This document shows positions 32,845 to 43,184 of a DNA stretch of 64,000 nucleotides, piece after piece (positions within the stretch are counted from its first letter, which is position 1; each line of letters opens with the position of its first letter). The position numbers and the translations under genes are program-made. The stretch spans positions 1-64,000 of the forward strand of contig CAVVMW010000010.1 of NCBI GenBank assembly GCA_963749495.1, read 5' to 3'. Source of the DNA: an uncultured bacterium. Lineage in GTDB: Bacteria; Verrucomicrobiota; Verrucomicrobiia; Limisphaerales; UBA8199. Under the pieces are notes generated by a model. That model was not told the DNA's origin. It saw nothing but the letters and a program-made list of their open reading frames with translations, and did not search any database.

Positions 32845-33117
32845 GGTGATCCAGAGCTTCCTGTTGGGGTGCGTTGGTGCCTCGGACTGGGATGATGAAC
32901 CTGAAGGAGCCATGCGTGGGATGCCGCCTGATTGTTGGTTGCGCAGACCCGTCCATTTGTTGAACCGCTAAACCACAGGTCTGGGCGAACCACTTCTTTC
33001 CCCGCAAGAAGGGCAAGTTCTTGGCAAAAGTTCCAGAGGCTCATGGGCGCAGCTTAGAGCCTGTCCACGACGCGTCAAGTTGAATATTCCGAGACCTCCG
33101 CCCAAGCCCACCCCTCT

Positions 33118-33257
33118 CCATGAACCGACCCCAAGCCCGCAAGGTTTTGGACTGCGCCAGTCCTCTGGCGCTTTTTAGACTTTGCGGACGCGAAAGCGGC
33201 AGAGGACTGCCGCAGTCCAAAACGCTTCGCGGCAGTCAACGCCCTTCCGGTTCATGG
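33118..33257. repeat. Nested palindromic element (CCATGAACC...GGTTCATGG enclosing a REP pair)
   Basis: Outer IR CCATGAACCG/CGGTTCATGG; inner GTTTTGGACTGCG...CGCAGTCCAAAAC. Confidence 0.7.
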
Positions 33258-33329
33258 TCCCCATGCACGATGTCAACCTAGTGGAGGCTCCCCACAATCA
33301 GCTTTCCATGACTACTCGGCGTAGCCTGT

Positions 33330-34874
33330 TCACTCGACACCAGGGGGTGTGATGCCGAGCAGAGTTGGCTTATTGAAAATTACAGGGCCCGGGTCTCCCC
33401 AGTGAACACCGACCCCGACTCGATTGAGGCCCCGGGAGAGCAACTGCAAGGGGAGTATCGGAGGCGTTTGCCGGCCTAATGCTTCGCCCCAGGCCCAGAC
33501 CTCGCCATCGGCTGCCAGAGCCACTCCCAGCCCATGGCGTCCGGTCGCAAAGGCCACGACGTCTTTCTGCAACTCGATTCGGCGCAGCCGCCGCGGTTCA
33601 TAGGTCACGACCCGTAACGACGGCGCGGGGCCGTTACGAAGAACGCTCGGATCGCCATAAAGCGCCCGGATGATGGTCAAGGGCTCCCCGGTCCCGCCAA
33701 GGCTCACGGTCGAGTTTTCCTGAAACGCCAGGGTCCGGGTCGCGGCGCCAAGTTGAAAGGTGATTTGGAGACTCTTCCCGATGCCGAACGCCGGGTCGTC
33801 GCCCAGGTCTGAGCCACCCGCCCTACAGTTCAACTGATTATTCGTGACCCATCCGGCCACCACGGTGGTCACGTCGGCGACACCCCCGCGGCCGGTGACG
33901 CGGGGCTGGTCGGAGCCCTCAAAAACCCAGAGCGAACCATCGCGTTTCAGGAAGGCCGGGTGCTTTTGGCAGAAGGGGGCGGAGGCGCGCCAATCGGTGT
34001 CGGCGCCCACGCGGAGGGGCGAGGAGTTCGCATTGGCGTTGGTGGCGCCGGTGAAGAGGTGGGCCTCGCGGCCCCAGGCCCAGAGCGTGCCGTCGGACTT
34101 GATGGCGAAGACCATCCAGTCGCCCATGCCGACGTCCACCCAGTTGGTGCCAGGCGAAACGCGGGTGGGAACCGGGATGCTGGAACCCCTTTGGGAGCGG
34201 GTGTAGTCCCAGCCCCAAAACCAGAGGCTGCCGTCGGTTTGTTGGCCCACGTTCTCGATCAGATTGGCCCAGATCCGCGTCCAGTTGGTGGAGGAACCGA
34301 CTCGCAGCGGGGACCGGCTTTTGGTGGTGGTGCCATCGCCCAACTGGCCCGCCCAGTTGTTTCCCCAAGACCACAACGTCCCATCCCGTTTCAGAGCCAC
34401 GCTGTGTGGTCCGGCAGTCGCCACCTGTTTCCAGTCATCGCCAGGGACGGACCGAACCGGGCTCGCGCGCTCGCGGACCATGGTGCCGTCGCCCAATTGG
34501 CCGGAGAGGTTTTCGCCCCAAGCCCAGATTGTGCCGTCAGACTTGAGAGCCAGCGTTGTTGAGCCGCCCACGGCGATGTCCACCCAATTGGTTTCCCCAC
34601 CAATGCGCCGCAGGCAAGCTTGGGTCCTGACGTTGCTGCCCAGGCCCAACACCTGCCAACCGTAACCCGTTTCTCCCCATGTCCAAAGACTGCCGTCGGA
34701 AGCCAGGATGACCCCGTGGTTATCGCCGATTGCCACCGCCGGCGTGCCTTTGCCTGTCGGCAACCTCCAACCCGCTTGGCCGCGGTGGTTGGAAAAGCAA
34801 TCTGAGAGGAGGATCAGGATTACAACCAGGATAGGCGCAAGGAACACTACTGCCCGTCTGGAGGGTTTGTTCAT
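33330..34874 (-). CDS. RCC1-repeat (ATS1-like) membrane-anchored protein
   Basis: N-terminal TM helix; repeated ALKxDGTLWxWGxNxxGQLGDG. Confidence 0.88.
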   Translation of the reverse strand: MNKPSRRAVVFLAPILVVILILLSDCFSNHRGQAGWRLPTGKGTPAVAIGDNHGVILASDGSLWTWGETGYGWQVLGLGSNVRTQACLRRIGGETNWVDIAVGGSTTLALKSDGTIWAWGENLSGQLGDGTMVRERASPVRSVPGDDWKQVATAGPHSVALKRDGTLWSWGNNWAGQLGDGTTTKSRSPLRVGSSTNWTRIWANLIENVGQQTDGSLWFWGWDYTRSQRGSSIPVPTRVSPGTNWVDVGMGDWMVFAIKSDGTLWAWGREAHLFTGATNANANSSPLRVGADTDWRASAPFCQKHPAFLKRDGSLWVFEGSDQPRVTGRGGVADVTTVVAGWVTNNQLNCRAGGSDLGDDPAFGIGKSLQITFQLGAATRTLAFQENSTVSLGGTGEPLTIIRALYGDPSVLRNGPAPSLRVVTYEPRRLRRIELQKDVVAFATGRHGLGVALAADGEVWAWGEALGRQTPPILPLQLLSRGLNRVGVGVHWGDPGPVIFNKPTLLGITPPGVE

Positions 34875-35237
34875 CGTTCGTTTGCCTCCCCATTGAACAG
34901 CCGAGAAACAAAAAGTCAAGTTCTGCTGCATCGCTTGGTCAGCACTGCCCGCCAAGCGAAATTCCGCCGCGATGTCCGCCAATCCGATGTTCTTCTCCTG
35001 CGCCACATCGCACCCGGCCTGCTCCAGTTCCTTCATGGTCTCCCAGCGGCCGAAAGCCGGGCAGGCCGTCAACAGCAGAATATCGGCAGTACCGTGGGTT
35101 TGGCTCCGAATGCGGTCAACCGCCAGCGAAAGATACTCACATTTGAAGAGCCCGCGGCCGAAGCATTGATCACCAGAGCCATGACAATGATGTGCTCTGT
35201 GGTGCGAATTGTGGAACCTGTGCGGGCGAGGAGGACG

Positions 35238-36567
35238 TTACTTATCTCCAATCTCATGCTTTATTACCTCGCCCCCCTTCATCACGAACACGACCCGCTC
35301 CAGGCAGGAGATGTCGGTCAGCGGGTCGCCTTTCACCGCCACAATGTCCGCCAGTTTTCCAGCTTCCAGCACACCGATATCAGCAGACCTGCCAAGCAGT
35401 TCGGCCGCATTGATGGTGGCAGCCTGGATAGCGGACAGGGGCGTCATGCCGCCACGGACCAGAGCACCGAACTCCTTCGAGACGAACTCCGGATCCTCAT
35501 CCACCCCATAGGCAATCTTGAGGTGGTGCTTGAGTGCGAGCGCAAAGGCCGGCTGCTGCAACTTGAGGATGGCTTTGCCCTTTTCCACGCTGACAGGATC
35601 GGCCCCCAACGAGCCGCCAACCTCCACGCCATGCTGAAACGTGAACAGGGTTGGGACCAGCCAGGTTCCCCGTGCTTTCATCAACTCGGCACCCTCCTCG
35701 TCCAGAACCGTGCCGTGCTCGAACTGAGTCCACACCTGCGCGGACCGCCGCTTTGATGCCGGCGGTGCCTTCAGCGTGGGCCATCACGCGCTTGCCGGCC
35801 CGATGAGCCACCTCGACGGCTCGAGCCATTTGTTCCTCGCTAAGCTCCTGCACCCGGTAATCGCTCAGCGGATCCATTACCCCACCTGTGGCCATCAATT
35901 TCACCCAGTCCACGCCATATTTCAGATCGTGCCGCACAGCCATGCTCACCTCGTCCACTGTATCCGCGATGTTCGGACGACGGGGCAAGGCCTGGTCCGG
36001 AGCGAGCACATCCGCGTCTCCGTGACCACCGGTGACGGTAATCAAATTGCCCGCGGACATAATGCGTGGGCCTCGAATGAGCCCTTTGTTGACACTGTCG
36101 CGCAAAGCCAATTGGCCGTAGGCCAGGTCGGCTTCCCCGGCCTCCCGCAACGCGGTAAAGCCGTGGTCCAGCCACGTGAGCAGGTTGTGCGCGCCCCAAA
36201 GTGCGGCTTGCGGAGAGGACATGCGCAGGCCTCCAGTGGGTGATTGATCCTTCCAGTTGCCAAGAATGTGCGCGTGGCAGTCCACCAGGCCCGGCAGCAC
36301 CGTCTCCCCGGAAAGGTCAATAACTGTAACGCCGGAAGGAGCAGCAGGGCAAATGCTGGCGATGCGTTCTCCTTCAATGAGTATGATGCTGTTGCTGGTT
36401 ACTGCACCGGTTCGGACATCGAGCATCCGTCCGGCTCTCAGAGCAACACGGTTCGGGCCAGGCCTGGCAAGGGCACTTCCGATTGTTTCTGAAGCGCGAC
36501 CTCCCACCGCCATGTCAAGCGAGGTAACAAGTGTAAACAGTACAAAATGCCTCAGCAGTGCGTTCAT
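35238..36567 (-). CDS. Metal-dependent amidohydrolase (Xaa-Pro dipeptidase-like), frameshift near 35730
   Basis: LPGLVDCHAH, VKLMATGG, MAHAEG, EHG, GKLADIVAV. Confidence 0.88.
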
Positions 36568-37162
36568 ATGGAACTCCCTGGAGCCTAACATCAAGCACGG
36601 GCTTGCGCAACCGACAATAGGGAAAATGTCGCTGGCGGCAAAGGAGCGGCGCCATGCCCCTTCAGAGGTGCCCTGGTACCCCTTGCGTCAAGGATCCTAT
36701 AGAGGATCACCTGGCCTCGCTTTGGCTGGATGGCTGAGACAATGAGTGATTTCACGGCAGAATCGATCGGTGAATAACATGCAAATAAGAGTTAATAAGT
36801 TATCCTCGCATCTTGAGCCTCGATGGCCTAAAGGGATGGCGTGGACGATGTGGTTGCCCAGCCGAGCTGGGCCAGAATGTAACCAACGCCCAAGTCGCTG
36901 AGTCGGCCCGCACGTAAGTGCCTCATTGTCAGCGACCTACGCTGGATGCCAGATGGCGAAATGATGAAGATCTCAGGTTCTTGCAGGGGCTTTGGGGTCT
37001 GGGCCTTGGCCGAGTGCGCAAAATGAGACCATCGGCGGCAGAATGGTCTTGGTTAATGCTTGGGTGAATCAAATGCCCGGAAACGGGCCATTTCCTGAAA
37101 CGAACGTGCAAGCGTACGCAGAAAAAACTTGGGGTGCAGCGCAGCAGCGGCGTCTGCGTTCA

Positions 37163-37516
37163 ATGCTCAGCCTGGACATCCTCCTGGTGGAAGATCAGAT
37201 CGAGGTGCGCCAGCCCCTCAGGTTGCTCCTTGGGCTGGAGGAGCATAGCGTGACCGAGGCCTGTACCGGCCGCGAGGCACTCGAACTCTATGGCCAGGCC
37301 CCTTACGACCTGATCATTACCGATTACTCCATGCCGGAAATGAATGGCGACGAATTGGCAAGGCGGATCAAACAGGTTTCCCCCACGCAACCGATTCTCA
37401 TGATCACCGCCCATGTTGAGAACCTCGATGTGCCTGGCAACCCGGTCGACGCCATTCTCAAGAAGCCTTTCACTTTTCAGGAACTTCGCGCGGCCATTGC
37501 CCAGTTGATCGGCTAA
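37163..37516 (+). CDS. Single-domain response regulator (REC)
   Basis: ILLVED, DLIITDYSMPEMNG, MITA, KPF. Confidence 0.92.
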   Translation: MLSLDILLVEDQIEVRQPLRLLLGLEEHSVTEACTGREALELYGQAPYDLIITDYSMPEMNGDELARRIKQVSPTQPILMITAHVENLDVPGNPVDAILKKPFTFQELRAAIAQLIG

Positions 37517-37640
37517 GACTCATGGGCCAGGCAATGAGAGTAAGAATTGATCTCCGAGTCCCTCAACTTGCCCCTTGATTTCCTTCACCAACTCTCAATA
37601 GGCCACTGTGCAAGTCATTGATTATAAGCCAATTATAGAA

Positions 37641-37737
37641 TGGCGGAGGCGGATGGGAATCGAACCCACCTGGGACTTTGTTGAGCCCCACGCTGGTTTT
37701 GAAGACCAGGAGCGTCACCAGAACGCCTTACGCCTCC
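37641..37737 (-). tRNA. selC: tRNA-Sec (anticodon UCA)
   Basis: Minus strand GGAGGCGT...CTGGT-CTTCAAA-ACCAG, long variable arm, GGTTCGATTCC, ends GCCA; 97 nt. Confidence 0.93.
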
Positions 37738-38089
37738 GCGACAAGCTTTTCTGCCTGGGCGGATGGTATTACGGGCGGGCGCGCGTTGACAAGAAAACAT
37801 TCCGGGAGTCGCTGCGCACGGGCGTTTCCCGACACTCTGCCCCCGGAGTGCGCCCGTCCGCGGGCGCAGCAGCAACGGAGCGGGCAGGCGCGCCCGAGTA
37901 CGTGACCGCTGCCCTGGTTGCGGATGTCGTTGCGCTCGAGGACGGGCGCACCCCGGGGGCAGTGTCAGGATGCGCCCATGTCCACATAAGCGCCCCTCGC
38001 GTTGGAGCCAGCCAAGCGCCGTGGAACCCAATTGGGAAATCCTCCATACCAGAACGCCATCGCCAAGCCCGTTGACGCCCGCCAGAAAA

Positions 38090-38240
38090 TCAACGCCGAC
38101 CGCTCAGGACTGCGCTTCCGCTTTCCCACGCCGCAACCGAGCCCCTTCGCGGAGAACAACATCGTTCATGGCCGACTCTACCGCCGCGCGGATCGCTGGC
38201 AGAAACGACCGGTGATCGTTCTACTGCATGGTGCTGGTGG
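38090..38240 (+). pseudogene. Internal fragment of an alpha/beta-hydrolase-like gene
   Basis: FRFPTP...ENNIVHGRLYR...PVIVLLHG with no coherent start or end. Confidence 0.4.
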
Positions 38241-38247
38241 CCTCGAA

Positions 38248-38463
38248 TCATGGATCGGCTTCTGTCGCCCCCCGCAACCGCGCCAGGAACTCCGGCAACG
38301 TGCCCGGCGAAACCAGCAGGGCGCGCGGGCCGTCCGCGGGCTTGAGGTAGGCAGTCTGCTCGTAGTCATTGGTCCCCGCGATCAACGGGCGCAGGCTCAC
38401 CGGCGTATGCGCCACGAGCATGAGGCGCCTGGTTTCCAGCGGAGGCTCTGTTGTTGGCTGCAT
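38248..38463 (-). pseudogene. Possible N-terminal fragment of a RimJ/RimL-type GNAT
   Basis: PPLETRRLML start motif; ends after about 71 aa. Confidence 0.35.
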
Positions 38464-38580
38464 GGGCCAAGCTGACATCGAACCGGACGTCATCAAACCC
38501 CCGACCAGGCCGATTTCGCCGGCGCAAGGTTCCAAAGAATTTGTTGGCACTTTTTTGTGCCGGCGGACATTTATTGGTAG

Positions 38581-40008
38581 ATGCAAGAAGCGGCTGACAT
38601 GGACCTGCTGCGGGAATATGTCCGGCAGAAGTCCGAAGAGGCGTTTGCGGCGCTGGTGGCCCGGCACGTGAACATGGTCTATTCCGCCGCGCTGCGGAAA
38701 ACCGGCAATCCTCATGCCGCCGAGGAAATCACCCAGGTGGTTTTCATTCTCCTGGCCAAGAAGGCAGCGGGGCTGCAAAAGGGGACGATCCTTTCCGGAT
38801 GGCTGTATCAGGCCGCTCGGCTGACCTCGGCGAGCTTCCTGCGAACGGAATGCCGCCGAGTCCGCCGCGAACAGGAGGCCTGCATGGAGTCTTTCACCCA
38901 TGGAACGGAGTCGGAGGTCTGGCCCGACATTGCGCCGATGCTGGAAGACGCCATGGGCAAACTCAACGAAAAGGAACGTAGCGCCATCGCGCTTCGATTT
39001 TTCGAGGGCAGGAGCTTTCACGAAATCGGAACTGGAGTTGGCGCGAGCGAGAACGCGGCCAAGAAACGGGTCAGTCATGGGTTGGAAAGACTGCGGGCCT
39101 ATTTTTTCAGGCGCGGCGTGACTTCCACAACGGCGATCATCGCCGGAGCGATCTCCACGCACTCGATCCGCCCCGCGCCCGCGGCGCTGGCGGGGACCGT
39201 AACTGCTGTCGCCATCGAGAAAGGGGTAGCGGCCGGCATTTCAACGTTAACCCTGCTTCACGGAGCATCGAAATTCATGGCATGGACAAATGCGAAAATG
39301 GCAATCGCTGCCGGGGCCGCAGTCCTTCTGGCCGCCGGCACGGGCACCATTGCAACCAAGGCGGTTCACGGCGCGCGCGCAGCTCATGACGCGGCTGTGC
39401 AAAGCAGGGTCCAAACCCTCCAGCAAGAGAACGCGCTCTTGAACCAGCAGGTCGGGCGCTTGCAGAGCGAACGCGATGTGGCCACGAATCGTTTGGCAGT
39501 CGCGAACGAGGAAAACTTGCGATTGAAGTCCAGCCCAGCGCAAGCCGAGGTTCTCAAATTGCGGGGCCGGGTTGGGGTGCTCCGGAGCCAGTTGGCCGCC
39601 AGCGGGGCCAAGACGTGGAATCCGTCCGCCCTCTCGAATGAACTGCACAACGCCAGGCTGAAGCTCGGCCAGTTGCGCGACAGCCAGGACGACCAGAATC
39701 CAGCGGTGCAGGAACAGCTTGCAGCCCTCGCGAGCCTGGAGCGTAGTGCAACCACGGCTGGGGAGACGCTCGAGTTGGCAAAAGCCAGAGCGGAGCTTCC
39801 ACGGCTGCGAGTAAGTCACGGCGATGGGCACCCCGAAGTGCAAGGGCAACTCCGTGTCGTGGCGAGCTTGGAACAAAGCGCGGCGGCGGACGAGCCGCCG
39901 GAGTTGGCGGAGGCGAAGGCGGAGTTGGCGCGGCTGCGTGTCCATTATGGCGATGCTCACTCCGCCGTCCAGTCGCAGCTCCAGAAGGTTGCTGGGTTGC
40001 AGCGATGA
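38581..40008 (+). CDS. ECF sigma-70 factor with TM helix and C-terminal coiled-coil extension (copy A)
   Basis: DMDLLREY...AFAALVARH, AEEITQVVF, LSGWLY, LRFFEG, AAKKRV. Confidence 0.92.
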   Translation: MQEAADMDLLREYVRQKSEEAFAALVARHVNMVYSAALRKTGNPHAAEEITQVVFILLAKKAAGLQKGTILSGWLYQAARLTSASFLRTECRRVRREQEACMESFTHGTESEVWPDIAPMLEDAMGKLNEKERSAIALRFFEGRSFHEIGTGVGASENAAKKRVSHGLERLRAYFFRRGVTSTTAIIAGAISTHSIRPAPAALAGTVTAVAIEKGVAAGISTLTLLHGASKFMAWTNAKMAIAAGAAVLLAAGTGTIATKAVHGARAAHDAAVQSRVQTLQQENALLNQQVGRLQSERDVATNRLAVANEENLRLKSSPAQAEVLKLRGRVGVLRSQLAASGAKTWNPSALSNELHNARLKLGQLRDSQDDQNPAVQEQLAALASLERSATTAGETLELAKARAELPRLRVSHGDGHPEVQGQLRVVASLEQSAAADEPPELAEAKAELARLRVHYGDAHSAVQSQLQKVAGLQR

Positions 40009-40352
40009 AGAAGAGAAACCCGCGGTTGCGAAGATCCTGGTTCAGAGTGGGAAGGTGCTCGCGATGCGCACGCGGCGCGCCTCACCTCCCGCGGGCGTTG
40101 GTCGCCTGGATCTGGAGGAGCCTGGCCAGCGCGGCTTGCTGGGCCGGGCTGGTCGCCTAGCCCGCATATTTCATAGCCCACCCGGCTTTTCGCGTTTCGG
40201 AGGATTTTTTGGAGACAAATCGGGCTGGGCGGCGCAGTTTTTTCCGTCTGGGCACTGATCAGGGCGCAACGGAGTCTTTAGTCAAACAAAAAGGCTGCCG
40301 CTGAAAACACCCCTCCCGTGACTCTTGAAACATCGACCCCATTTTTCTGCAC

Positions 40353-41801
40353 TTAGCCCGGGGCCGGCGCCAACGCCATCAGCCGCCGGTGGCACCGCCG
40401 AAACAGCGCTTGCAAGGGATAGGCGCTGCACATCTGCACATAGACCCGGCGCACGCTCACGCGCACCTGGGCCGCGATTTTCAGCAGCTTCACACGCAGG
40501 CTCCCAGCCGTCGCCCGCTCCAACTCCGTTCCCGCCAAGCCCTGCGTGCGCAAGCGCTCCATCAACAGGTAAGCAAACATGGCCTCCCACAATCGAAACT
40601 GATTGCTGGCCATATAATGCGTGCTCATCCGGTCGGCGTGTAAATCCAGCACTTGCTGCTTGAGCAGGTTTTCCATATCGCCCCGGGCGCAGTACAGTTC
40701 CTCATAAAGCCGGGCCGGACTGAAGCGGCTCTGTTGCTCATCCTCATCCTCATCGTTCTTGAAGCCTTCGGCAGGCAGATTGGTCACCACAAACCGTGGG
40801 TTTTCCCCTGCGTTCATCACTTCGGCTTTGCCGATCACCCGGCGCTCCCGACTCCAACTGTCGAGCGTCCGGTATTGAAACTCAGCGAACTGGCGCACGC
40901 TGGCCGCACCGGTCAGACAGTGACGGGCCCGGGCTTGAGCCAGGGCCGGCCCCAGCTTCTCAATTAACACCGAGTTCTTGGCCAAGCCCAGGCAATAGTA
41001 AATCCCCCGCTGGCTCTCGCACCAAGCCATAATCTCCTGCCGGCCAAAACCGCTGTCCCCGCGCACAATAATCCGCGCCTTGGGGCAACGCTTGCGAATC
41101 GCGGCCACTATCTTCTCCAGCGCGGGCACCGCTCCGTGGGCTGCCTCGTGCTCGGCGGTGCGCAGTTGCGCCCATAGCGGGAAGTCCCCGACAAAGGCAT
41201 AGAGCGGCAGATAACAATAGTCGTCATAGTAGGCGTTGAAGTGCCGCCCCTCCTGAAATCCGTGCAACCGATGGCCCATTGCGTCCAAATCCACCACGAT
41301 CTCCTTGGCGCGTTTGGGCAGACAGCGCACCCCCATTTTCAGCAGGCAGGCTTCCACCTTGGCTGGGGCGTGCGGCAGTTTGTGGCAGCGCGTGTCTTTG
41401 TTATTGGATAATTCCAGCCGGTTGAGTGTGGAGGGCGCCGCCAGCGCGATGCCCCGGTGCTGCGGCAGCACCCTGTCTTGTCCCAGCGGATCGGTCTTGC
41501 CGCAGGCGGCAGCCAGCAGCGGGTCCAAGCGCAGGCGCTGGTGATCCTCAATGTCTTCGTAGCCCAGGGCCGTTCCGAAGATGCGCTGGCGCAGGAGTTC
41601 CTGCACCGAATGGTTTACCCAGTCGGGGTCACGCAGGTCGTAAAAACATTGCGCCAGTTCCGCCGTCACCCCGAGGTTAGTGTCGACCTGGCGCAGCAGC
41701 AGCGCGCCGGCATCACTGGAGAGGGCGCCGCCGGAGAAATCGGCTTGCACACGGCGAGGACCCAAGTCATCAAAGAGAATTGCTTGATTGGCAACGCACA
41801 T
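40353..41801 (-). CDS. IS1380-family transposase
   Basis: FSGGALSSDAG, GYED, DLDA, HGFQEG, RGDSGF, YCARGDMEN. Confidence 0.93.
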   Translation of the reverse strand: MCVANQAILFDDLGPRRVQADFSGGALSSDAGALLLRQVDTNLGVTAELAQCFYDLRDPDWVNHSVQELLRQRIFGTALGYEDIEDHQRLRLDPLLAAACGKTDPLGQDRVLPQHRGIALAAPSTLNRLELSNNKDTRCHKLPHAPAKVEACLLKMGVRCLPKRAKEIVVDLDAMGHRLHGFQEGRHFNAYYDDYCYLPLYAFVGDFPLWAQLRTAEHEAAHGAVPALEKIVAAIRKRCPKARIIVRGDSGFGRQEIMAWCESQRGIYYCLGLAKNSVLIEKLGPALAQARARHCLTGAASVRQFAEFQYRTLDSWSRERRVIGKAEVMNAGENPRFVVTNLPAEGFKNDEDEDEQQSRFSPARLYEELYCARGDMENLLKQQVLDLHADRMSTHYMASNQFRLWEAMFAYLLMERLRTQGLAGTELERATAGSLRVKLLKIAAQVRVSVRRVYVQMCSAYPLQALFRRCHRRLMALAPAPG

Positions 41802-41823
41802 GTAGTTAGTCTATAGGCTAGAT

Positions 41824-42045
41824 ATGAAAAAGCAAGTAAAATATTCACTCAAAGTGCAGGCAATCCGTTCCAAGGGGCAGACCCCCAAGCTCTATGTGTA
41901 TTTTCCGATCCCCCTGGCCGCCGCCATTGGGCTGGAGCCGGGAGAGCAGGTCGAGTGGGAGCTTTTGAACCGAAGCGAACTATATTTGGTGCGCCCGCAC
42001 GCCCCGCCGCCGCGCGCTCGTCCCCGCGCTTTGGCAGTCGGCTGA
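41824..42045 (+). CDS. Small AbrB/MazE-like protein inside IS1380
   Basis: YVYFPIPLAAAIGLEPGEQVEW resembles a swapped-hairpin DNA-binding motif; divergent from the transposase. Confidence 0.6.
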   Translation: MKKQVKYSLKVQAIRSKGQTPKLYVYFPIPLAAAIGLEPGEQVEWELLNRSELYLVRPHAPPPRARPRALAVG

Positions 42046-42163
42046 GCGTTCGACACCCTGTCGGTAACCCACCCGCCATCCTGCCAGTGGTCCAGGCCCG
42101 GTAAATCCGGCCCACCATGGCGATTTCATGCCAAATTTCGCGATCAACTATGAAATATGCGGG

Positions 42164-43184
42164 CTAGGGCTGCAGTTGGGAAGGATGGGAGGGCTCCTTG
42201 CCGCCGTGCTCGGCCGAATACTCCTTCACCATGGGGCCGGCGCTGTCTTTGAGAGTCTGAAGCTCCGCCTCGGCCGCCGATGGCTGGTAGTGGTACGGGC
42301 CAACGCCGCCGCTGCCTGGGCCGTCGATGGTCCAGCGGTGATCGTATTCCTCGTCCACGGGCGCCTTCTCGGTCAGCACCCAATCCCCGGCGAACTCCTG
42401 GTTGGGGAGGGCGCTCTTCGAGACGATTTGCCAACGTTGCAGGATGGCCTCATCCGCAGGAGGGTCGAAGAAGGGCTTGAGTTGCGAGAGATCGGGGGGC
42501 CATTGTCCAGTGTTGGCCGCCATGTATTTGCCCAGGGCGGACTGGAATTTCTTGGTAAAATAGCCTTCGGCGCGTTTCCGGACTTCTCCCAGGGCCTTGC
42601 GGTAATCGGCGTCGGTGTCGAGTTTGAAATTGTGGGCCAGTTCGACCCAGTCGAACGCGTCAAGGAGCTGGAGTTCCGGAATCTTCGCCTGGGGTGTCTC
42701 TTCCAGGCGCTGTTTGAGTTGGCTGACCCGTTTGAGCCAGGATTGCGCCGCGAGGTCCATGGGGGCAGCCGAGCCGCCGGTCTTCAACCGCGCCAGTTCG
42801 AGGGAGTCCTGGCGCAACCGCGCTATCTCGCCTCGCAACTTGAGCAACTCGGCGCTGGTGCCATCCGGTCGCCCGCTCGCATCGCGCAGCGCCGCCAATT
42901 GACCGGCCGCTTCGTCGCCCTCGCGGCTCAGTTGCAGGAGCCGCTCGGCGTCAGCGGCTTGTTGTTGCTGTAACCCGCGGACTCGGCCGCCCAAGCGGAA
43001 AGCCTGGCGGGTCTCATAGACTCCAGTCCCGAGCACCGCGACAAAGGCGGCGGTAATGAGGAGCTTGTGCATCGAGGTATTAGCGATAGAAATCAACGCA
43101 CCGGCGCACCAGTTCGGCGAAGGCCGCCTCGGAGCGGCGCTCGGCGTAATCCCGCAACAACTGTTGGTCCGTCAGACGGTTCAC
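42164..43184 (-). pseudogene. ECF-sigma derivative lacking sigma2/sigma4 (copy A), hit by IS1380 at the 3' end
   Basis: GTG at 43184 gives MNRLTDQQLLRDYAERRSEAAFAELVRR, joined out of frame to a TM and extracytoplasmic domain. The remaining tail is at 40082-40160. Confidence 0.7.

Larger units (their letters stand above)
40161..42163 (-). mobile_element. IS1380-family element
   Basis: IRs CCCGCATATTTCATAG / CTATGAAATATGCGGG with CTAG on both flanks (40157-40160, 42164-42167). The equivalent empty site is at about 50685. Confidence 0.92.

Noticed and set aside
34915..35235. N-terminal extension of the RCC1 ORF (to 35072)
   Set aside because: A better start with a TM segment is at 34874. The upstream part looks like an unrelated decayed fragment that I cannot assign.
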